From NCBI GenBank assembly GCA_963582285.1, contig CAUZRI010000001.1:1-27319 (forward strand): DNA of 27,319 nt. Reading direction: 5' to 3'. Below are positions 8,056 to 15,092 of the stretch, one piece after another; positions within the stretch are counted from its first letter, which is position 1; each line of letters opens with the position of its first letter. A program made the translations under genes and the position numbers. This stretch comes from Gammaproteobacteria bacterium. GTDB lineage: Bacteria; Pseudomonadota; Gammaproteobacteria; Eutrophobiales; Eutrophobiaceae. Below the pieces are notes generated by a model that worked only from the letters and a program-made list of their open reading frames with translations, made no database searches and was not told where the DNA came from.

Positions 8056-8100
8056 CGCTAGAAAAACGAGATGAAGCTACTATTACTGTTTCGTTATATA

Positions 8101-9708
8101 TCAATGGCCAGTGGCGATCGCTACCAGTTTTACTAGATCAACAGGGGCTTCGTTACCGCGCCATACAATATGCAGGTCGGGCCGCAATAAGAACAATTCA
8201 TAACCCTCATAAACCTCTACTGCGTGGGGATCATCCAGGGATAAGGTTTCAAATGGTGCGCCTTGTTTTTCAAACTCTGAAATCAAGGCTGATAGATCTT
8301 CCCGTCCATTTTCAAATCTGAGTAAAATATACCCCTTACCTAGATGGTCATGTATCGCGGTTCCATCCTTGAGCCAGACATGTGGAAGTCGAAAACCTGG
8401 CCATGTGGTGGGGATATAATCAGGATTATCTGCATCAGGTCCTTCACCATCCGCCGGCCAGATTAACGGTGAATTAATATAACGATAACCGGCCTCTATA
8501 CCAAGGATCTCATTGGTTTTTCGTTGCTCTGTATTAGCAATCTCGGCAACATTGGCACGGATCTCTGCACCTTCTGGGGTATTGTCACGGATTTCAGGAC
8601 GCCAAGCAGAGCGCCATTTCCGCCGACCGGAATTTGCCCTGCCCGATGCCACAACATTTCTTATGCCAATCTGACGGCGTTCTGTCTCATAAGAGGTCAA
8701 CAGATTTTCTCCTCCCCAACCTGCGAGCATTCCCTGTAATTTCCAGGCGAGATCAATTACATCGCCTGCACCAGTATTCATTCCCAGGCCACCGGTAGGG
8801 ATGACTAGATGTGCAGCATCACCAGCTATTAAGACTCGACTCTCACTATATCTATCTGCTACCAATAATTTTTGGGTCCACTTACCGATGTACAGGGTTT
8901 CATATTCGATCGGCATACCCACTAACTTTTCAAATAGTCCAGGCATTTCAGATTCGTCCTCTACTACGGCATGCAGTGTAAAATGTTTGGTATCATCCTG
9001 GACGATGATAAAACCCGCCTGGTCATCACAAACATGGTAATGTCGGCCCTTACCGATAGGAATTCGTTCATACAGATCATCACACCTGAACAACGCCTGG
9101 TGCAAAGACAACATATCCCCTTCACCTGAAAACTTTATTCCCAGCTGTTTTCTCACTGGACTTGCTGCCCCGTCACAACCCACAAGATAATCACCTCTTA
9201 TGGTCTCTTCGGATCCATCAGCGCCTTTCACATAGGCAACCACTTGATCCCCATTGTCTTCAAAACGAATAAATTCACTACCAAACCGTACATCAATAAA
9301 TTCATTACGTTCCGCAATACGCTTCAACAACGGTTCGAGGGTATATTGGGAAATAAGCTGATAAGGTTCGAGTGTGCGAGTACCATCATTGTGAGCAGCA
9401 ATATCTTCCTTACAATCCTTTACTGAACCATAAGGCAATCGCAAGATAGGTTCATCCACCAGACTGGTTACCACAAAAACATCCATTGGGCATTCTGCAG
9501 GGAGACCCGCTGCACGGATTTCATCCACTATGCCAAGTCGTCGGTAAATCTCCATAGTCCTGGCATTACAACGCTCCATCTTTGGCAGGCCTGAAGGTGC
9601 ATCATTGCGTTCAAGTAAGATACAACGTACACCGAGGTGACCCAAAGCAATAGAAAGTGTAAGACCTACAGGTCCCGCACCGACAATTATTACTTGTGTA
9701 TCTGCCAT
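8101..9708 (-). CDS. FAD-dependent aromatic hydroxylase (group A flavoprotein monooxygenase, PheA/TfdB/RdmE-like)
   Basis: IVGAGPVG Rossmann motif, LVGCDGA DG motif, LIAGDAAH and GGLGMNTG GD motif, and a C-terminal thioredoxin-like domain (PGFRLPHVWL...RPDLHIVWRG). Confidence 0.93.
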   Translation of the reverse strand: MADTQVIIVGAGPVGLTLSIALGHLGVRCILLERNDAPSGLPKMERCNARTMEIYRRLGIVDEIRAAGLPAECPMDVFVVTSLVDEPILRLPYGSVKDCKEDIAAHNDGTRTLEPYQLISQYTLEPLLKRIAERNEFIDVRFGSEFIRFEDNGDQVVAYVKGADGSEETIRGDYLVGCDGAASPVRKQLGIKFSGEGDMLSLHQALFRCDDLYERIPIGKGRHYHVCDDQAGFIIVQDDTKHFTLHAVVEDESEMPGLFEKLVGMPIEYETLYIGKWTQKLLVADRYSESRVLIAGDAAHLVIPTGGLGMNTGAGDVIDLAWKLQGMLAGWGGENLLTSYETERRQIGIRNVVASGRANSGRRKWRSAWRPEIRDNTPEGAEIRANVAEIANTEQRKTNEILGIEAGYRYINSPLIWPADGEGPDADNPDYIPTTWPGFRLPHVWLKDGTAIHDHLGKGYILLRFENGREDLSALISEFEKQGAPFETLSLDDPHAVEVYEGYELFLLRPDLHIVWRGNEAPVDLVKLVAIATGH

Positions 9709-9750
9709 TTATTTAATCGTCACTATTTTCAGAAATAAATTTATAGATTA

Positions 9751-9790
9751 AAAAAAATAACCGGGACAGTGTTACCTGGCCCGGTTATTT
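9751..9790 (-). terminator. Rho-independent terminator after the cytoplasmic cupin
   Basis: Minus strand AAATAACCGGG-14 nt-CCCGGTTATTT followed by Ts, ~25 nt past the stop at 9814. Confidence 0.8.
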
Positions 9791-9813
9791 AATTTAACAC
9801 TTGAAACTGTATC

Positions 9814-10929
9814 TCAACTCAAAGGCGGTAGCGTTGCCTTCTCTGCCTCATAGGATGGCGCCATATGTGATTCCAGTCCCTTTTCAGAAAGAGCATCTGC
9901 AAAAATAGTTCGCACTTCCTGACTCTCATCAGCGTAATCAATCTGATGACCACCAATACGTTTACTAATCCACGCTTTAGGGACACCTTGAGCGTTGCGG
10001 ATAGCTACACCTTCATACTTGAATGCCAGATAACGTGCCGGCGTGGTACCAGTATTAAAATGTTGATGGAACCACATATTAGGTGGTGTAATCAGCGTAC
10101 CTGGATGCCAATCATAACGTATGGGTTCCTCGCCTTCAGGCCACATAAGGGAATAACCAGTTCCGGCAAGTAAAATCACATGGGCACCAGGACCATGGGC
10201 GTGGGCCTTCTTATAGGTGCCCACAGGAAACTGAGAGATATGCGTATTCATGGAACTCTTGGCCATGTTGAAACGAATATGCCCACCACCAGCACCGCGC
10301 TCTTTAGCCTCGATTAAAGGTAGGTTCACCGCATCAGTAACAAAATTTGTTTCGAGCAACAGTCCATCGACCTCTTCCTTGGGTGCGAAGTAATCAGGCT
10401 CTCCTGAAAAGCGTCCTTTGAAATCATAAGCTGTATTGAATATAAATTCAGGGTCTTCAAGAACATTCATAATTGGCGGTAAATTAGTAACTGCGACAAA
10501 TCTGACCTTTTCTGTTCCTGAACCATTGTAGTGTTGATGCATGGTATTTAAGGGTATTGAAAACATCGCCCCTGCCTGCCATTCAAAGGATACCTTCTCG
10601 CCGGCATCGTTCCAGACTTCCGTAGACCCACGACCACTAAGGATCATAATCATCTCTTCATAGAGCTGTCGTTGGGCGGTTAATTTTTCTCCCGGGTCAA
10701 TCTCACATAGATAACAATCATTGGAGGTCCTGGAAGCATCATGATTAATGTAGACCCCATGTCCATTTCTTCTGGCCCAGGGCTTTAATTCAACTGTATT
10801 CAGGTCTTCTTGATAGATCCCGTCAATAATATCCAGTCCCTCGTTTTTTACCCAACGGGTATAGGGGGTTTCTTTTTCTTTTGCGAATTTTTTGGCAGTC
10901 TCTTCAGAGACAATTGCGTCTTTGGCCAT
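9814..10929 (-). CDS. Bicupin, gentisate 1,2-dioxygenase-like fold, cytoplasmic
   Basis: C-terminal cupin YKKAHAHGPG...PPNMWFHQHFN (three-His site); N-terminal cupin partly degenerate (QRQLYEE...MHQHYN). Start moved from 10989 to the ATG at 10929 because of a GAGGA Shine-Dalgarno ~7 nt upstream. Confidence 0.85.
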   Translation of the reverse strand: MAKDAIVSEETAKKFAKEKETPYTRWVKNEGLDIIDGIYQEDLNTVELKPWARRNGHGVYINHDASRTSNDCYLCEIDPGEKLTAQRQLYEEMIMILSGRGSTEVWNDAGEKVSFEWQAGAMFSIPLNTMHQHYNGSGTEKVRFVAVTNLPPIMNVLEDPEFIFNTAYDFKGRFSGEPDYFAPKEEVDGLLLETNFVTDAVNLPLIEAKERGAGGGHIRFNMAKSSMNTHISQFPVGTYKKAHAHGPGAHVILLAGTGYSLMWPEGEEPIRYDWHPGTLITPPNMWFHQHFNTGTTPARYLAFKYEGVAIRNAQGVPKAWISKRIGGHQIDYADESQEVRTIFADALSEKGLESHMAPSYEAEKATLPPLS

Positions 10930-11186
10930 TAGTACTTCCTCATCTATCTGGTTTAGCGGTGAATACGATACCTTTAGGGCTGGAATCACCCGGATTTCGT
11001 GTTATTTAAAATCGATCCCGTTCAGGACAACATTAGTTTTTATGCGGAATATCTCTGGGAAGACATAATCAACCTGGATAATTATATCCCTAACACCTAT
11101 TTGCAGCAAGGCAGACTCCTTTGGATCTGCCATTTTTTCATAGAAAAACACGCTTTCCTGGGATCTGAATTTCTTTTAACCTTTTC

Positions 11187-12950
11187 CTAGTCAGGTAAGG
11201 CGAAGACATATATAGCATTGTGTCCACGCACTGCTTTTACATCACTTACCATACCTACAACACTGGAGGTTGCCGAGAGGCCATCACCAGTCAAAATAGC
11301 AATATATTGTTTGCCATCTACCATGTAGGTAATGGTGCTGGTCTGGATAATGCCCGGTACCATGGTATCCCAAAGAATTTCACCATTGTCTGCATCAAAG
11401 ACATGGAGGGTGCCAGTAATGTCACCCCAGACTACCAGATCACCTGCTGTCAATAACACCGCACCGTTGCCAGGTGCCCGTTGAGTATGTATATGAACGA
11501 CTTCACCGGTAGACATATCGACTTTCGCCAAACCGGCAAACGCATTAGGATCAGCGCCATCACGAAGATGGGATGTTCGTACATGGCCATTTACCGTATT
11601 GAGTCTTCCGATCCTGGAGACACAAATATCGTGGTATGGAACGTAGAGTGAATTATTACCAGGATGGTAAGCCATAGGCCAGTAACCCTTGGTATTCTGA
11701 AAACAGGTAGTGTGTTGTTCGCCTTCACGGGTCAAGATCTTATCACGGCTGATAAATGTCTGACCCGTTTCCACATCGATATCAGCGATATGAAAATCCG
11801 GGGTATCGTGAGGGAAAGGGATGGTCCATAAAAATGTGCCATCGTTTCTATCCAGCACCCACAGCCCTCCGGGTTCACCCACCGAGACCACCATGTCTCT
11901 CTCTTGTCCACGGGCAATATTGGGATTAATCCATTTCACCTGATTTGGATCTGGATTAAATGTGGAGCGAAACAGTATCCTTTCGTGGGTATGATCCGAA
12001 TCCCAATCGTCTCCAGGGAGATGTTGATAATACCAGGCCAACTCTCCGGTATCGGGATCCAATGCCAGGGTGGAATTACTATAAAGTTCAGACGGCGTTG
12101 AAAGTGATACATCAAATGGCTTGCCATTATGTCGTTTAATACGGGTATGGGGCGCCGGGTTGGCGGTGCCCCAATAGATTAAATTTCTCTCAGGATCAAA
12201 ACTTCCCGGCAAACCCCAGGGTGATGCCAGTCGCAAGTCATCGTCCATACTCCCCCAGGTATCACCACCGGGTTCACCGGTTCCGGCCGGAACAAAAAAA
12301 CGCCAGACCTCTTTTCCTGTTAATGCATCGTGGGCAAGAATATAACAATACTTACGGGTATCCCCACAATTTCGACCGGTAATGACCTTGCCCTTAACCA
12401 CCGAAGGACCTGTAGTATGTTGTGTATTGGTTTTATAGTCATGGGCAAATGTTTCCCACCTGAGCATGCCTGTTTTTGCGTCCAGGGCAATCACGTATCC
12501 ATCGGCCGCTGAGTGATAGATCATGTCATCATAAATGGCCAATGTGCGCGCACGGCCTACGGCATTTTGATGGTCATCTATATCCGCTGGTAGTTCTCTT
12601 TTGTATTCCCAAATCAATTCGCCGGTTTTGGCATTCACCGCCTGGATAACAGACCGAGGGTTGGCAACAAACATTATGCCTTTGTAAACCAGGGGGATAT
12701 TTTCCTGGGTACCATCATGCATGTCATGAGACCAGACCATTTGTAGTTGGTCGACATTATTACGATTGATTTGATCTAGGGGGCTGAAACGCTGATTGTC
12801 ATAGGTACGGCTGTACATTAGCCAGTCACCGGAATCAGGGTGTAGTAATGTTTCATCCGTAACTGGTTCGAATGATTCCATTTGTGCCTGGCTGGCAATA
12901 CTCAACATCATGATTAAAATTGGAATAATATTTTGTATGAACTTATGCAT
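11187..12950 (-). CDS. PQQ-type beta-propeller dehydrogenase, secreted, copy 1
   Basis: Signal peptide ending SQA-Q; GDWLMYSRTYDNQRFSPL(D)QI; repeated A.D..TG...W tryptophan-docking motifs; YWGTANP; DDWDSD; TAGDLV; VDGKQY; ends YVFALP. Confidence 0.92.
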   Translation of the reverse strand: MHKFIQNIIPILIMMLSIASQAQMESFEPVTDETLLHPDSGDWLMYSRTYDNQRFSPLDQINRNNVDQLQMVWSHDMHDGTQENIPLVYKGIMFVANPRSVIQAVNAKTGELIWEYKRELPADIDDHQNAVGRARTLAIYDDMIYHSAADGYVIALDAKTGMLRWETFAHDYKTNTQHTTGPSVVKGKVITGRNCGDTRKYCYILAHDALTGKEVWRFFVPAGTGEPGGDTWGSMDDDLRLASPWGLPGSFDPERNLIYWGTANPAPHTRIKRHNGKPFDVSLSTPSELYSNSTLALDPDTGELAWYYQHLPGDDWDSDHTHERILFRSTFNPDPNQVKWINPNIARGQERDMVVSVGEPGGLWVLDRNDGTFLWTIPFPHDTPDFHIADIDVETGQTFISRDKILTREGEQHTTCFQNTKGYWPMAYHPGNNSLYVPYHDICVSRIGRLNTVNGHVRTSHLRDGADPNAFAGLAKVDMSTGEVVHIHTQRAPGNGAVLLTAGDLVVWGDITGTLHVFDADNGEILWDTMVPGIIQTSTITYMVDGKQYIAILTGDGLSATSSVVGMVSDVKAVRGHNAIYVFALPD

Positions 12951-13015
12951 GACTTTCTCCCGCCCGTGATGTTATTTTTATTATTTTAGTTCAACTATTG
13001 AAAAAAATACTTTGG

Positions 13016-14779
13016 CTAATTACCCAGCGCAAACACATTAATTGAGTTATGACCACGTACTGGCTTTAGTTCTTTGATCACACTCAATGGACCGGAGGTC
13101 CCTGCCGCCCCATCACCGGTTAATACAGCCATATACTGTTTACCGTCTACTGCGTAGGTAATAGTACTGGTCTGTATTATCCCGGGTAACTGTGCATCCC
13201 ACAGGATCTCGCCATTGTCTGCATCAAAGGCAAACATCGTACCGGTCATGTCCCCCCAAAACACCAGGTCACCGGCCGTGAGTAATACTGCACCGTTACC
13301 GGGGTTACGTTGGGTATGCAAATGTCGGACTTCACCCGTCACCATGTCTATCTTTGCAAGACCGGCAAAGGCATTGGGATCAGAACCCTCACGGGGATGG
13401 GTGATCCGGCTATGGCCATTGGCGATACTCATGTTACCCGTGCGGGTGACACAGGAATCATGATACGGCACATACAGGGCATTTTTTCCGGGATGATAGG
13501 CCATGGGCCAATAACTCTTGGTATTCTGGTAGCAGGTGGTATGTGATTCACCCTCACGGGTCAGTACCTTGTCACGGCTAATAAAAGTCTGCCCCGTTTC
13601 AATATCTATGTCAGAGATATGAAAATCCGGTGTGTCATAGGGGAATGGCAGGGTCCATAGGAACTGTCCATTACCCCGATCCAGCACCCACACCCCGCCT
13701 GGTTCGCCAACGGATACCACCATGTCCCTATCTTCACCCCGGGTGATATTTGGGTTAATCCATTTAACCTCATTGGCATCCGGGTTAAATTCTGATCTGA
13801 TTAATATTCTTTCCTGGGTATGATCCGAATCCCAATCATCCCCGGCTAAATGTTGGTAATACCAGGCAAGTTCACCTGTATCAGGATCCAGCGCCAGGGT
13901 TGAATTACTGTAGAGTTCAGACGGTGTCGAAAGAGGGACGGCGAAAGGTTTGCCATCATGGCGTTTGATGCGCGTATGGGGACTGGGATTTGCCGTACCC
14001 CAGTACACTAAATTTCGCACCGGGTCATAACTACCCGGTAGTCCCCAGGGTGATGCCAGTCGCCGTTCTACGGCCATCTCTCCCCAGGTATCGCCACCCG
14101 GCTCACCGGGCGCTGCGGTAGTGTAAAACCGCCAGACCTCTTTACCCGTTAAAGCATCGTGTGCGGCAATATAACAACCTGGGCGGCTGTCCCCGCAATT
14201 CCGACCGGTAATCACCTTGCCCCGTGCCACCATGGGACCGGTGGAATGGGCAGTGCCGTTATGGTAATCATGGGCCATCGCCTCCCACGTCAACTCCCCG
14301 CTACGGGCATCCAATGCAACCAGATAACCGTCGGGTGTGGCATAGTAAATCAGGTTTTGATATATGGCCACGGTTCGGTTACGACCGATTGAGGCAACAT
14401 AATCCCCTAGGTCATCGGGTAGCGTTCGGTTATATTCCCAGATTAATTCACCATTCGTGGCATTGATGGCCTGGACCACAGATTGGGGGTTAACCACGAA
14501 CATGACGCCCTTATACACTATGGGGATATTCTCCTGGGGACCCGCATACATATCCCGTGTCCATACCAATTCAAGCTGGTCTATATTTTCACGATTTATT
14601 TGATCCAGCGGGCTGAAACGCTGGTTGTCATAGGTGCGGCTGTACATGAGCCAGTCGCCGGGATCGGGATTGAGTAATATTTTATCGGTCACCGGTTCAA
14701 AAGGTTCCATCTGCGCCTGAGAGGTGGCACTAATAACCAGAAATGATATTGAGATTATAATAAATATTACCTTATGCAT
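13016..14779 (-). CDS. PQQ-type beta-propeller dehydrogenase, secreted, copy 2 (tandem paralogue)
   Basis: Same length (587 aa) and motifs as copy 1; aligns without gaps; 71 of the first 100 residues identical by manual count; similar ribosome-binding region (GGGAG...AGTC-ATGCAT). Confidence 0.92.
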   Translation of the reverse strand: MHKVIFIIISISFLVISATSQAQMEPFEPVTDKILLNPDPGDWLMYSRTYDNQRFSPLDQINRENIDQLELVWTRDMYAGPQENIPIVYKGVMFVVNPQSVVQAINATNGELIWEYNRTLPDDLGDYVASIGRNRTVAIYQNLIYYATPDGYLVALDARSGELTWEAMAHDYHNGTAHSTGPMVARGKVITGRNCGDSRPGCYIAAHDALTGKEVWRFYTTAAPGEPGGDTWGEMAVERRLASPWGLPGSYDPVRNLVYWGTANPSPHTRIKRHDGKPFAVPLSTPSELYSNSTLALDPDTGELAWYYQHLAGDDWDSDHTQERILIRSEFNPDANEVKWINPNITRGEDRDMVVSVGEPGGVWVLDRGNGQFLWTLPFPYDTPDFHISDIDIETGQTFISRDKVLTREGESHTTCYQNTKSYWPMAYHPGKNALYVPYHDSCVTRTGNMSIANGHSRITHPREGSDPNAFAGLAKIDMVTGEVRHLHTQRNPGNGAVLLTAGDLVFWGDMTGTMFAFDADNGEILWDAQLPGIIQTSTITYAVDGKQYMAVLTGDGAAGTSGPLSVIKELKPVRGHNSINVFALGN

Positions 14780-14866
14780 GACTGCCTCCCATCTGTAATA
14801 ATCTTTTTTTAATTACTATGAATTAACCGTTAATAAGTATTACCGATATTTAGCATAATCACCAAC

Positions 14867-14884
14867 ATAGGTATATGAACCTAT
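14867..14884. promoter_or_regulatory. Inverted repeat ATAGGT-N6-ACCTAT upstream of the PQQ pair, possible operator
   Basis: 6-bp arms, ~90 nt upstream of the ATG at 14779. Confidence 0.3.
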
Positions 14885-15030
14885 ATCAAACACGATATTT
14901 TTTTGTTCAGGCGAGTCCCGAGCCTTTCGAAAAACGGAATTTACACGAAGTTTGCCGCTTCACGACCGCGCATTTAAGAAAGGCGAGAACGATGCATGAG
15001 CAATAAAGAGCAATCTTGATACAGGTTCAC

Positions 15031-15065
15031 AAAAAAAATCTCGGGGACATTGCTGGCCCCGAGAT
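15031..15065 (-). terminator. Rho-independent terminator after the TonB-dependent receptor
   Basis: Minus strand ATCTCGGGG-10 nt-CCCCGAGAT followed by T7, ~28 nt past the stop at 15093. Confidence 0.88.
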
Positions 15066-15092
15066 GATAGTTTTAAAACAGACTAACGGAAT

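Noticed and set aside
9814-10989. Longer 391-aa start for the cupin
   Set aside because: No Shine-Dalgarno at 10989; a good one precedes the ATG at 10929.
11187-14779. Naming the PQQ genes mxaF, xoxF or exaA
   Set aside because: No vicinal Cys-Cys, altered metal-ligand segment, and no mxaI/mxaJ/mxaG or xoxJ/xoxG-type neighbours directly adjacent.
14905-14965. c-di-GMP-I riboswitch (GGCAAAC...GGGAC on the minus strand)
   Set aside because: Lacks the GNRA-capped P2 and the GCAAAG segment that should follow GAC.
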